A stretch of 64,000 bases of DNA. Source: Camelus dromedarius (Eukaryota). Shown piece after piece: positions 10,999 to 29,508 of the stretch. Every line of letters starts with the position of its first letter. Within the stretch, counting starts at the first letter, position 1. The translations under genes were made by a program, and so were the position numbers. The notes below the pieces were generated by a model that was given only the letters and a program-made list of their open reading frames with translations, was not told the DNA's origin and did not search any database. The stretch lies in the NCBI RefSeq assembly GCF_036321535.1, contig NC_087444.1, positions 77,810,001 to 77,874,000 of the forward strand, in the 5' to 3' direction.

Positions 10999-13900
10999 AT
11001 GGGGCCCGACAGAGTGACAGCCAGAGAACTGTGTGAGAACGACGACCTTGCCACCAGCCTCGTCCTGGACCCCTACCTCGGCTTCCGCACCCATAAGATG
11101 AATGTCAGGTGAGGCGACCTGGAGGAGGGCGGATGGGGGCTCATGGAAGGCTCGGGACCCCTTCCCTCCCACGCCACCCCTCAGCCCCATCCTCCTCTCA
11201 GCTCTGAGCAGGGGTGAGGGTGGGGCCCGGGAAGGCCCGGAGGGAATAGGCCAAGGCCCTGGGACCCAGGCGTGCCCTCTCCCCCAGCCCCGTGCCCCCA
11301 CTGAGGCGACAGCACCACCTGCGCTCAGCTCNNNNNNNNNNNNNNNNNNNNNNNNNNNNNNNNNNNNNNNNNNNNNNNNNNNNNNNNNNNNNNNNNNNNN
11401 NNNNNNNNNNNNNNNNNNNNNNNNNNNNNNNNNNNNNNNNNNNNNNNNNNNNNNNNNNNNNNNNNNNNNNNTTCCTCCCCGCGGCCCGCGTGTTCTCCAT
11501 GTCACCTCACCTATCCTGGGTCCTCCGCCATTGGGGGCAGACCCTCAGCACAGCCCCTTGGGACTCCCTGACTTCCTAGCCATTGGGACCATCTGAGGCA
11601 AGGCTCAGAGAATCCTAGGAAGGGAGAGTTGGGGGGCCCTCTGCGATGGAGTCCAACCTCTTCATTTGACAGATGAGGAAACTGAGGCCCCAAGAGGGGA
11701 AGTGAGTTCCCCGAGACCACACAGCGAGTCAGTGGCAGAGCAGAACTAGAACCCAGGAGAGAGGGCGGAGAATGACCCTACCCTGCCTCCTCACCCCGCC
11801 CACCCCCTCACCTCCCCCAGATCTATCGCTACCTCCGCGCCTTCCTGCCTGAAAGCGGCTTCACCATCTTGCCCTGTACCCGTTATTCCATGGAGACAAA
11901 TGGAGCCAAGATTGTGTCTACCCGAGCTTGGTAAGAGGGCAGAACTCGCAGCCCAGGGCCCCAGGCCTGATGGGAGGCATCCCTCCCTGGGGGCTGCTGG
12001 GAGAGGGAACCCCTGTGCCTTCTGGAGGAGGCCAGGTGCTGAGGGGACAAGGGAGAAACCTCTGGTGACTTGGAGGCCATGAAGATGTCTGTGTTCCTGG
12101 GCTAGGAAGAGGTGGTTTCCAGTGAGAGGAAGGAGGCCCAGCTTGGCCTACAAGACCCTCCTTGCCCACCACAGCCCTGCTGGGAGATGACATCCCATTG
12201 TGAGCCAGGGTCCCTGGGGCTGCTGGGAAAGGACTGACTTTGTGCCCAGGACTGTGCTGTCCTTTCTTCATCCCCATCTGAGCCCCTGCCAAGCAGCAAG
12301 ATGGACCCTGCCCATGGCTCAGTCTAGCAGGAAGGCAGTGGGTAGTGGAATAAACATGGAGGGCCAACCCTGGCTGCTCAGTGCTTCCTGAGCCTGCCCA
12401 GGAATTCTGGGTGTTCTTGGGATCCAGGCCTAGGCTGAGACCCGCAGGACGAACTGAAGGATCTAGGGAAGAGCACAGGGGCGCCTGCGGGGGGCTTCTG
12501 GGCAGAAGCACTGGACTGAGGGAGGCCCGAGGCAGTGGGGAGGCCAGGTGGGGAGGATGCGGGATCTGGCACCTGCTGAACATGGGAGGGTGCCATACCT
12601 GCCCTAGTGGAGCAGGGAAGCCCACTCAGGCCAGTGTAGATGCAATGGTGCGTGAGTTTGAGACATTTGGAAGGTGAAACGCGGTGGCCGGCACTGCCCC
12701 ATTGATTCTGCCCGCAGGAGGCCTAGGATGAGAGGCCACTGTTGTCCCCAGCGCTGGTGGTCCGGGAGGTGCCGGTGGTCAGGGAGGCACGGCTCACAGA
12801 CCCGCGGCCTGGCCTCTTGGCAGGAAGAAGAACGAAAAGCTGGAGCTGCTGGTGGGCTGCATCGCGGAGCTGCGGGAGGCCGACGAGGGGCTGCTGAGGG
12901 CCGGGGAGAACGACTTCAGCATCATGTACTCGACTCGAAAGCGCAGCGCTCAGCTGTGGCTTGGCCCTGCTGCCTTCATCAACCACGGTGGGGGTGGGGA
13001 GGGGGATGAAGGCAGGGCCAACGTCGCGGTGGGGCGGGGCCTGGGAGGGGCGAGAGTGGGGCAGGGAGGAGGTGTGGCCCCCCTGCTCTCTGGCTCCGCT
13101 GACCTGACTCTCTGCTCTCCACTCCCCCTACCCCTCAACTGGCTCCAGACTGCAAACCCAACTGCAAGGTAAGACCTGGGACCCTCCCAGAGGAATGCGC
13201 ACATGGGAGGGGCTTTCTGGCCCAAGAATAGCCAGAAACAGGCTCTCCCCACCTGACAAATGGGTTTCCCACCCCTGGATGCCCCTCTCTGGGCTGGGCA
13301 GAGCTGGTGTTTGCGCCTGTGGTCGTCAGGGATGGAGGAAGGGACTGCAGGCAGAGTCGCACTAGAACCCAGGTTGCCACCTGCTGGCAGCATTTTTCCC
13401 TCTCTGAACCTGAGCTCCGGCTGGGCCAGTTTGAGGGGGCAGTGTGGGGCGATGGGGAGACAGAAAGTGCCCCTGCGCCTGGAGCTGCTAGCCTCCCAGG
13501 GAGACGCCCACTGCAGCTGTGAGAGCAGGAGACAGAAGGGAGGGCCCTGGGGCAGGAGCCTGCCAGTTGGTGTCCCCTGGGGTAAGGGCAGAGAGAGCCC
13601 TGCCCTGGAGGATGAGGACTCTTCCTAATAAGAGGCTCTGGGAGGCCGAGGAGGCAAGGTGGGGGAGAAGCCACTGCTGGTTCTGTGTATGGAGCACAGG
13701 AGAAGGGAATGGAAGGAAGGTGGCCCTGGTAAGGCCTTACATGCGCACCCTGCCAGGCGTGGGCCTCACCGGGCTGCCTGCTGGAGCCCCGAGATGTGAC
13801 AAGGGTTTGAGTCCTGGCCCTGCTGCCCCAGGCTCTTGTCTCTCTTCCCAGGTGGGAAACGGTGAGAACTTGCCTCCTGGGGCAGTTGTGAGGGCTAGGT

Positions 13901-16101
13901 GTGTGTCAGTGTCCTGTGACTCTACGGTCCATTACGTGGGTTCCAGGCTGCGGACACTGGGTAGGAGAGAGAGCCAGGGGGGCTTCATGAGCCAGTTGCT
14001 AGGCACCTCGTGGTGTGGAACCAGGAGGCTGCACAGAAGATGCCAGAGCCGGGCGTCGAAGGGAGAGTAGGATTCTTCTAGGTGTTGAGGGCAAATGGGG
14101 GCACGTTAGGGCATCCTGGACAGGATGCAGGCCGGACTGGAGGGCTTGGGGGCCAGAAGGCAGGGTAGCTGCTGCTTCGTATGCCGAGTGAGCTGGAGTC
14201 TGCCCCCTGGAGGCTCCCACTGGGTGAGGGAACCTGCTGTCCTGGGGGCTGTGTGCGGAGGGGAGGGACTGGAGGCAGGGCACTGGGTGGAGCAGCATGA
14301 GAGACGACGACGAGGGGCTGGCTCCCGCTAGGGTCTCGGGGACAGAGGACGAGGACGTGAGACACCATGCACTCAGGAGGTGCTGGCCAATTGTGCTGGC
14401 GTCAAGCAGGCAGGCGGCCAAGGTGTGTGTCAGGCTAGAATGGACAGACGGACAGACGGATGGGATTCCTGCCTCTCCCAGACTGGGAACTTGGAGGCAG
14501 GAGCAGGCAAGCCAGAGGGGCCCGTGGGGCAATAATTCTGAATGTGACACAGGCCTCAGGAAGGGGATGTGGCAGAGCCAGGCAGAGCTTGGACCTCGGC
14601 CACTGAGGTGCAGGCTGGCAGGGTGCGTGGAGGGGTAGGGTGTGTCACAGGAGCCCAAGGAAGAGTGCTGGAGGGAGCGGAGGGAGCGGTCCCTGTGCAC
14701 TGCCAGGGCCCGGTTACATCATCATCCTGCAGGGAGGGTGGGGGCCAGCAAGATGGGTGGAGGGTCAGGGAGGGCGTGCAGACGACAGGCCCTGGACAGG
14801 GTGCTGCCTGGGGCTCTCGGCCGCTGCCTGTCCCCAGGAGCAGACTCTTGGGGCCAGGGTGGCAGGCCAGGCAGGGTGAAGCTGGGCTGCCCCCAGGGCA
14901 GGGCACTGAGCCTCCTGGCCCCCAGTTTGTACCTGCAGATGGGAACGCGGCCTGCGTGAAGGTGCTCCGGGACATTGAGCCAGGGGACGAGGTGACCTGC
15001 TTCTATGGCGAAGGCTTCTTCGGTGAAAAGAATGAGCACTGTGAATGCTACACCTGCGAGAGGTGGGGACGGCCCGCAGGAAGGGACACGGTCAGGATCT
15101 TGGGGACCGGGGATGTGTCCTCAGGGCCCATCCCTCCCTCCCCCTCACCTTCCTCCTGCCCCCAGGAGAGGCGAGGGGGCCTTCCGACTGCGGCCCAGAG
15201 AGCCCCTGCCACCTCGGTCCCTGGACAAGTACGAGCTCCGGGAGACCAAGCGGCGGCTGCAGCGTGGCCTGGGTGGCCCTCGGGCCTGTGCCCACCCACC
15301 CCCGCTGCGCCGGGACCTTTTCTGCGGTGAGCACGGGCAGGTGCCCTGGCCTGTTGGTCTGTCTCCACCCCCAGCCCCTTCTCTACCCTATTCCTATCCT
15401 GCCTCCTCCTCACCTCCCTCCCTCCCTCCCTCCGTCCCCCTGACCGGGCCTCACTCCTGAGCATCACTCTTCATCCATCCCCCTCTGAGGAGCACTGGGT
15501 GGCCACTGGCCTGAGCAGAAGCTGTCCCCCTTTGCAGGGGCCCTGCTCACACGGCTGCCCCTTTCTCTCCCCTCTCCCCCTCCCCCGGGCCTCCACAGCT
15601 GCCTGCCAGCCCCTGCGCCCCCTGCCCTGCAGCACCCGCCCCGATGCCTCGCCCCTCTGGCTCCAGTGGCTTCCTCAGCCCCAGCTCCGGGTGCGTCCCA
15701 GGAGGCGCCGACGCCCCCAGCCCCGGCGGCCCCCAGCACCCCCTGTTCTCCGTGCTGCCCGCATCTCCCTGCACCGGTGGGGAGGCTGTGGCCCCCACTG
15801 CTGCCTGCGGGCGGAGGCCCTGGTGGCCCTGGGTCCAGCCCCTCGCGACCGGTGGGCCCCTCAGCAGGACTGGCACTGGGCCCGGCGCTATGGGCTGCCT
15901 TACGTGGTTCGTGTGGACCTGAGCCGTGTGGCCCCAGCCCCTCCTGCTGCTGCCATCCCAGCCCCTGCCACCGGGACCCCAGGCCCCTTCCCCATCCCCA
16001 AGCAGGCCCTTGCCTTCGCCCCCTTCTCCCCACCCAAACGCCTGCGGCTGGTGGTCAGTCATGGCTCCATTGACCTGGATGTCAACAGTGATGGGCCATG
16101 A
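10999..16101 (+). CDS. KMT5C: Histone H4K20 methyltransferase KMT5C (SUV420H2), about 456 aa
   Basis: Coding exons 10999-11108, 11288-~11453 (3' end inside N gap 11332-11471; 166 nt inferred from phase), 11821-11930, 12824-12987, 13149-13168 (20-nt microexon), 14926-15062, 15166-15326, 15599-16101. All visible introns are GT-AG. Translation [37 protein letters not shown]...[39 protein letters not shown]...CECYTCE...[14 protein letters not shown], with the SET NHDC motif and post-SET cysteines. Confidence 0.98.
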
Positions 16102-16779
16102 TGGGCTAGACAGGGAGGCCCAGGCCGGGAGGGGAGGGCATCCCTCCTGGTCCCTTCCACTCCGAGTTCTCGAGAACTCATCTCCAAAAGGAGCTCTTGG
16201 ACCTCTGGAAGGGAGCTGACTCTCGATCCTAGCACAGCTCTGACCCAGGGGAGGGTTGGTTTGGACACCCCCAAGGATCTGACCCCTGACCCTTTGTGAC
16301 TGCTGACCCCTGAGCCACCCCCACCCCAGCAGGGAGCCCTGGCCGTTGTGCTCCCACCCCAGCTCCAGCCCCAGGGCTGAAGGAGCCGTTCCCTTCCTTC
16401 CCCACCCACCTTCTTCTGCCCAGGGAGCAAAGCCATAAGGGGCGGGGGCCACCCTATGGCTTCTCCACAGAAGCCCAGGCCTCGGGAGGAAGGAGGTGGA
16501 ACTGACTCGAGGGTGGCGCTTCTGGACGCTGCCCTACAGAGGGGCGTTGGTGTGTCCTCAGCTCTGTGACTGTCTGAGGTGGGGGCGAGTTGAGGGCTGG
16601 CCGGGCACGCCCTCACCACCCTCACCACCCTCGTGGGTCTCAGGGAGGCCGGGTGCGACCTCATCTTTCTCATGGTGCTATCCCTGGTGCTACTGGGGTG
16701 TGGGGGCTCCCTCCCCTCCCCCACACCGGAATGGGATATGTTGGGGGGTTGGAAGCACTTGAACTTTTTATTTTATTTT

Positions 16780-16785
16780 ATTAAA
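16780..16785 (+). terminator. KMT5C: Probable KMT5C polyadenylation signal ATTAAA
   Basis: ATTAAA preceded by a U-rich tract (tttttattttatttt), about 680 nt after the stop. Confidence 0.65.
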
Positions 16786-18084
16786 ACCTTGTTATAAGCA
16801 TCACCCCTGGAAGCCTTTCATTTTGATTTATGTTTTGAGGAGTTGTCCATTGTGAGGGTGAGACTCTCCACCTCACTGGGGAGACCAGATTCGGGGGAGG
16901 CAGCCCAGGCTTTGGGCCCTGAAAGCTTTGGGATGGTGAGAGGGCAGTGGACTCTGAGGATGACAGAGACAAGAATCATACTACGGCACAGGTTATGCTC
17001 ATGAAGAACGCTTTCATACCTGTCTGCTCACGTGGGAGGGGAGTCTTCCCATTTTTCTGATGAGATAACCGAGGTCCAGCAATTAGAGTGACTTGTCCCG
17101 GGTCTCATGAGGTTGGACCGCCCTTGTCTGAAGTCAGACGTTCCTTCCAGACCTCATGCGTGTCATCGTGGTGGGCCTGGCTCTGTGAGACCAGGAAGTG
17201 AATCTTCTCACGTTTCTTCAGATCCAATTCAGTGCCTTGACTCTGCCATCATCTCTTGATTCTCACCTCAACCCCTGTGTTACTCAGGGAATACTAACAG
17301 CTAACAATTAGTGCTTCCTAGTACCAGACACCCTGCAAAGCATCTTGTGGATATTTATTTCTTGTTCATTGAGGCCTTACATCCATTTCACAGGGACGAG
17401 GCACAAATGTCTGAGAGTCAGGTGTGTGCTGCAGGCTCCAGTTTGTCTCCTCTGTGTTGGCCAGCCTTGGAAGAGTTTACTCAGAGGTTGATGAGGCTCG
17501 GCCACGTGCAGGAGGGACCTGGGCCCTGAGGAGAGGGGGTGAACAGGCATGGAGAGGCTGCAGGAAGACCTGGGTGGGCCGAGGGGATGGCCCAGGAAGG
17601 GGCACTTCCACAGTGGTCCCAGGGCCTGGGAATGGGGACAGTTCAAAGCAGGTAACATTTTTTAACTTTAAAGTTAATTTCGTTTACACGTAGCCTGTTG
17701 AGAAATGAGAAAATGTGCAAAGCCTACTGAACCCTGTTAGTTTTCTCCCTCAGGTTAAAAATAAGGAGGGAGAGGGCCTCCCAGTCAGCAAGTCAGCAAG
17801 CGGCGACGAGGAGAGTGGGGAGAGCTGGCTGACAGCAGCTGCTAAAGTACTTGTTCCTCTGAGCAAGCAAGAACCCACGGCTTCTAGACAAAGATGGATG
17901 GTCACAGCTCAGCAAGGATCCTTAGCCCGGATGGACGCCGGAGGTCCCAAGAACCTCCTGGAACCCTGTTTCAAATGTAGCCACTGCATATTCCCGTGCA
18001 CATTCTGAGGGCGGAGGGTCTAGAGCCTTCAGCCAGCTCTCAAAAGGGTCTGGAACCCAGAACACGAAGATTAGGAACCAGTGA

Positions 18085-18215
18085 CCGGGTTCTCTCCCTC
18101 AGCACTGCCGCCATCTTGAGGTGCTGATCCTGTGTTGTAGGACGAGGAGCCAGCTCTCTGGCCTCCAGCCACGAGAGGCCAGTAGCACCCCCTCAGTGGT
18201 GACAAAAGTGTCAGT
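18085..18215. mobile_element. MER20 DNA transposon remnant (similar copies at ~25410-25510 and ~57430-57570)
   Basis: ggcctccagccacgagaggccagtagcacccc...gtgacaaaagtgtcag. Confidence 0.6.
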
Positions 18216-21200
18216 GTTCATTGACAGATGTACCCCTGGGGGCCAGAGCCAGCACCCGGTGAGAACCCCTGGGCTAGAGTGACAGGAAGGCGGGCTGGGA
18301 AGACCTCCAGGACAGCACCTACAGCCAATGCTCCTCGTACGGCCTGTGCACCCTGGCCCCAACCTTCACGGCAGCGCCACCAGGACCACGCCGCCTCCAC
18401 AGACGGTCAGGGAGGGCAGGTATGTCTGCCCCGAGGTCCCACAGCTGGTGCGTGGACGGAGCCCACCTTGCTGCTGGGTTTATTCTCAAACCACAGGGTA
18501 GGTGGGGCCCCAACTGCAATAGGAAGGTGAGAGGGGTTTGTGTTGGGTCCAGTGAGCTGGCAGGCTCTGCGATGTCCCAGTGGAGCTGGGGCCTGGCAAG
18601 CCTATGGGTGGATTGTGTTCAAGAGTCAGAGGGTGAAGGCTCAGGCTGAGATCCCCATCATACACATGGGGGCCAGAGCAAGGAAACAGGGAAGCTGGCC
18701 AGGAGGTGAGGGAAGGAGGGAGCTGAAAGAAGATAATTATGGCCAGAGTCTCAGGAAGCACCCCCGCACTTTGCAGTGCCTTCCCCAAAGCTTTCTAAGT
18801 TCCCCTCCTTTGGTGGCAGGAACAGCAGGGGAGCCAGGCAGGATGCCCCAATCCTGGACCCCATTTCTTCCCTTGTGGCCGCTCTCTGATCTTTTTGCCC
18901 TGTGCACGGAGTCGACCAGATACCTCCAGGAGCTCCAGGGCCTGTGAATGTGGTTGGTCTTTCTGTGGTTGCTGTCCAGCGTGATATCAGGCACTGGAAT
19001 CAGGCCAGCGTGTTTCCAGTCATTTATATAGACTGAGACCCCACACACCCTGAGAACAGCTGGTCTACATGCACGTTGTCCTAGCTTGTGACTAAGCATC
19101 ATCCTCCCCACAGCCCTGTGAAGTGTAGGTATTGTTATCGCTGTATTTTGGACGTGAAGACCACAGTGCAGAGGGCTTCGGATGTTTGTCCAGGGCCACA
19201 TGGCTGGTAAGCTTCAGGGCCAGGACTTGAAACCATTCTCAGAGTTCATCTGGGCTCTGAGATCTTCGGGACGGGGGAGAGGCAGACATCAGAGAGGAGG
19301 CTGGGACTGTGCCCACTGGAGACCAAGAGCTTGGTTCAGCAGTGGCTTATGTGGGATGGTATGTGGGCGGAAGGGAGAGCCGGAGCAGTGCCTCCAGGGT
19401 TCGTGGTGTGAAGGGCGGAGGGTGGCCAAGTGGTTTTGTGAGTCTGGGAAGCACCTGGGAACACCTGAGCCTGTCAGTAGACTGGCAGGAATTAGCTGAA
19501 GTGGGAAGGGAAAAGAGTGAGTTTACTGATGATGGGGCGGGGTGGGGAAGGGGGGGAGGGGGAGGAGAGCATGGATGCAGGTTGAGGGGAGGCATGGGGA
19601 AGAGGCTGAGAGGCCTCAGTTTCCTCTGACCTGGAAGGCTGCTTCGGGACAGTGAGGCTGGCACTGAGGTTTCAGGATGTGGGTGGGCAAAGCTAGCCCA
19701 GGAGCAGTGGAGGAGGTGTCCAGAGCCAGAGTTTGGGGCCTGAGAGTGTTGGTCAGGCCCAACTGACTAGAGGTGAGGTGGGTCTGGCCCTGCCCTGGAC
19801 TCAGGCATCCATAGGGCAGTGATGGCAAAAGGGAGGCCATGAGTGTAAGAATGTCCCAGAAGTGGTCAAGGGGTGGAGGCAGCGAGCCTGGCCCCAGAGA
19901 GAAAGAAGGGGGAAGGCTCAGAGGGGCTGCTGGCCCACAGGGTGGGAACCCACTGCAGGCACTCTGGAGAGGTCAGGAGGCTGGCTGTGGCTGCACAGGT
20001 GTCAGGCCCTGTGCTCAGATGCTACCTGGGTGACCTCACCAAGTGCTCAGACAGCCACCATCCCCCTGTTGTGACTCAGAGCTGCCTTGCTGCGTGTCAT
20101 CTCCGCTTTCCTCCTTTCCTGCAGCAGCACCACCTCTGTGCAGGCCAGAGGTCTGCAGGTTGAGGGAGGTTGCCCAAACGACGGGCCCCCTCCTGTGGCT
20201 TCCAGCCCCGCCTGTCTGGCTGAGTCCACACCCTGTGCCCTCATTTGCCCCTCTGCTTCTCAGGTTGTGGTCTGAGAGAGGGAGCCGGGGCCAAGGTCAA
20301 GGGTGGAGCCATCCCAGGAGATGTCACATCTGGGATGTGCCCTGGGTGGGCTGGTGAGGGCAGCTTGGAGGGAGCAAGGGGAGTGAATGGATCCAGTTCT
20401 CCCCTCAGCTCACCCAGCCCCTCCCCTCATCCCACCTCTCCTGATACTGGGACTCTGGACCATCTCTGTTGACTGCCAGGGAGACTGAGGTGACGCAGGT
20501 CAGCAGGCTTGTCCAGGGCCGCCCATAAGTCATCAAATGATTAGTAATAGCCACCTTTGAACCCTGGGATTGAATGGGGCCTTATGAGATCACTTCAGGC
20601 AGAGTCTGGGGGTCCAGGCTGCCCCAGGAGGCTGACAGCTTCAGACAGAAACTGTCAAATCCAATCCTCCCCATGCCCAGGACACACACCCATCTAGGGA
20701 AGGACCAAGGTAGAACCCCAGGGCTCCAGGCTCTGCCAAGGGTCACTGCTCAGCCTGGCGTGGGGCCGGGGTAGGGGGTGGTGTGGAGGTGGCTGGAAAG
20801 GTGACATTTTGAGGGATGTCTGGAATCAGAATGAAAGTATTGTCGTCCCCAAGCTTAACTGAACACAGACCCATTGCCCCAGTGGGTCAGGGGCAAAAAA
20901 CAACAGACTGGAGCCCTGGTGTCCTAAGCTCACAGTCAGGAAGGGGCTGGTGGGAGAAACTGAAGTGACGTTTGTCTGATCAGAGGAGGAGGCTGCTCCT
21001 GGCTGTGGACAGGGTGCTCAGCAGACCTAGGGGATAAGTGCAGAGCACTCTGCTGGAAGGGGCTCACGTGATGGAGATGGGGATGTACTGGGAGGGAAAT
21101 GGAGTTAGAAGGGGATGCGGGAGTGAGGGAATGGTGGAGAGCCAGAAAGGATCAGGAGCAGGAGAGGGTGGGCTAGGGGCAGCGCTGGGTGGTACATAAA

Positions 21201-21622
21201 AGACTTCTTGGGACTCGAGATGGGATGGACTGGGGGAGGAGGGCCACAGGAATCCCAGGAGCGGGCTGGGGTTGTGGTCCAGGAGGAAAAGAGGGTCCTG
21301 CGTGAGGAGGTGGAGGGAGGACTTAGGTGACAGGTAGGTGTGGGAATTGAGAGGCAGGGACAGCAGGGAACTATCCTGGTGGGCAAGTGTTGGGACTCAG
21401 AGAGAAAAAGGGGACTGGGGGAGTTGGGGAGGGGTGGGAGGGGCTCGGCTTGCTCCTACCCTAAAGATCTGACTGTCCTCCCTCCATCCCTGCCCTGATG
21501 CAGCACAGTCCTCCCTCACCCCGCCCACGATCAGAAGCAGTAGTGTTGGCTGCAGGGCCGACACAGGGAGGACGTCCCCATGTCTCACTGACCAGACGTT
21601 AAGAAAGATCAGCGATAACAGC

Positions 21623-21628
21623 TTTATT
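21623..21628 (-). terminator. COX6B2: COX6B2 polyadenylation signal AATAAA
   Basis: TTTATT on the plus strand, about 130 nt beyond the stop. Confidence 0.7.
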
Positions 21629-21754
21629 TGCGGCTTGGAGATGGGGCCGGCGGCGAGGGCGGGTGTTGGGGTGGTAGGGTCCATTCTCTGAGAGACGAGA
21701 GGATGCGGAGGGTGTCACTGGGGCTGATCCCTCGGAGGAGCCGCGCTCAGACAG

Positions 21755-22730
21755 TCAGATTTTGCCAGCGAAAGTCCCGTTCTTGATCTGCTCTGTCCAG
21801 CGCTGCACCTGGGAGAGTGGTGGACGAGAGGGAAGGAGGTGGGGAGCGGGCGCTGGCTCAGCTCACCCGGGCCATCCACCCTCGTCCGGCTCGTCGGTGC
21901 GGCGCCCCCCTGTCCACTCACCCAGCTCATGGGGCACAGCGAGTGGTACACGCGGAAGTAATACTCGCAGGGCTGTGTGCTCTTCCCGCGGCGGTTCATG
22001 TTCTTGACGCAGCGGTGGTAGTCTGCCGGGTGGGGCGGGGCGGGCAGGTGGCCGGGGACGGAGCAAGCAGGTGGCACCGCACGCCCTGCCCCTCCCGGCC
22101 CGGCCCCATCTACCTCGCCCCAGCCCCTCCTAGCCACGTCCCTCCAGAAAGACCCGGAGACAGCCTCCTCCCGGTAAAGCCCCGCCTATCCCCCCTCTCA
22201 CCCAGCCCTTCCAGGACTCGTTCATTTGCCTTCAGAATAGGCCCTGCCCCTTCCAAGACCCGGTCCCACCCTAACCTGCAGGACCCCTCTCCTCCCTCTA
22301 CTAGCCAGGCCCTGCCTATCCCCCCCTCACCCCGCCCCTCCACGACTGGGACCCGCCCCTTCCAGACAAGGCCGGCTAACTCCGCTCCCCCCTCACCCTG
22401 CCCTTCCACGGATCGATCCCGCCCCTTTTAGACAAGGTCCCGCCCCTAAGGGGTAGGCCACGCCCCTTTCGGCCGAGGCTCGCTCCACTCCCTACCCCAA
22501 CGGTCTCCGTCCTCGCGTCGGGGTCCTGGACCCTCTCCCCGTCCTCAGGTGGGGCGCGCCCCTTCCTAACTCCCATCGTCTCTCACCCCTCCCCCTAACT
22601 TGGCCCGCAAGGTCTTACCCAGGAAGTTCTGGTAGCAGTTGCGGGTCTGGTTCTGGTTGGGGAAGCGTGGGTCGAAGGGTGGCGTCGGCCATCTCCCCTT
22701 GGAGGGCACCTGGCAATCAACATCCAACAT
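21755..22730 (-). CDS. COX6B2: Cytochrome c oxidase subunit 6B2 (testis-type), 88 aa
   Basis: Coding exons 22730-22619, 22022-21922, 21808-21755, [92 protein letters not shown], with CX9C and CX10C motifs. Confidence 0.98.
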
Positions 22731-22860
22731 CCGCAAGGCTGGCAGCTCCTGCTTGGAGGGAGAGGGCTCTGTGGGTTCTCTGGGGCGCCCCTCGCTCTGA
22801 CCGGCATCCAGATTCTGACCATCACCCCGAAATCCAGTCCCGGTTTCCACCCATCTTGCC

Positions 22861-23110
22861 CTCACCAGGCTGATGTCAGCGGGTCACTGGGTCAGCTGAG
22901 TTTGTGGCTCCGTCCGGGGTGCCCCTCGTTTCTGAGTCTCAAGGGTCCCAGCCCAGAAAAAACATGACCCCTCTGCCGGATTGGCTGGGACCCCCGGGAC
23001 CCCAGCCAATGGGAGCGGCTGCGCTGCAGGGAACGTCCTGGGACAGGCGCCGGGTCGGTGTGGACCACCCAGGTCCCGCCTCCAGCCCAATGCCCTTCTT
23101 GGGGCCGGTG
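22861..23110 (-). promoter_or_regulatory. COX6B2: COX6B2 promoter / non-coding exon 1 region
   Basis: Minus-strand donor GTGAG at 22865-22861. Acceptor of the ATG exon at 22751-22749. CpG-rich, with CCAAT motifs near 22980, 23006 and 23087. Confidence 0.55.
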
Positions 23111-23119
23111 CGCGCGCGC

Positions 23120-23165
<46 letters not shown>

Positions 23166-23177
23166 CACACACACACA
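23110..23177. repeat. (GC)n-(CA)n microsatellite
   Basis: gcgcgcgcgc followed by a long CA run with one interruption. Confidence 0.95.
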
Positions 23178-23214
23178 TCCAGGCGCCGCTTTTGCCGAGT
23201 CTCAGACTCAGGCT

Positions 23215-23383
23215 TTTAATCTCTGCGAAAGTGGGCCACCCCGCGGGCTCTCCCCCGCCCCGCCCCCCGCCCCCCATATATAAAGGTACAGGTAGTTCTG
23301 GTCGCTACCGGAGAGGGAACATGCCCTGCCCGGCCTGTTCAGCACCCTGCTTCTTACAGTAGAGGTGCACAGCACCTGGGGGC
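23215..23383 (-). other. GARIN5B: Probable non-coding last exon of GARIN5B with ATTAAA poly(A) signal at 23220-23215
   Basis: Exon 10 donor CAG|GTAGT after 23473. Acceptor CCTCACAG| at 23386-23384. TTTAAT on plus at 23215-23220. Confidence 0.55.
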
Positions 23384-23530
23384 CTGTGAGGAAGAGGAAA
23401 GAGCCAGGGTGGGGTCTGAGCTCCTGGACTCCAGCGCCAGGTCTAAGGTGGTCCGCGGGGTGCAGGGACTACCTGGCCAGCTGGGCTTCTCTGGACACTT
23501 GGCAACTGAGGTTGAGTGCCCCGCATCCGG

Positions 23531-29508
<5,978 letters not shown>

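Noticed and set aside
18300-18420. Exon-like stretch (DLQDSTYSQCSSYGLCTLAP...) ending at a CAG|GTATGT donor
   Set aside because: No recognisable homology, no clear acceptor and no partner exons.
23255-23290. GC boxes plus TATATAAAG suggesting a plus-strand promoter
   Set aside because: It lies in the inferred GARIN5B last exon on the opposite strand, with no supporting downstream exon structure. Not excluded without CAGE.
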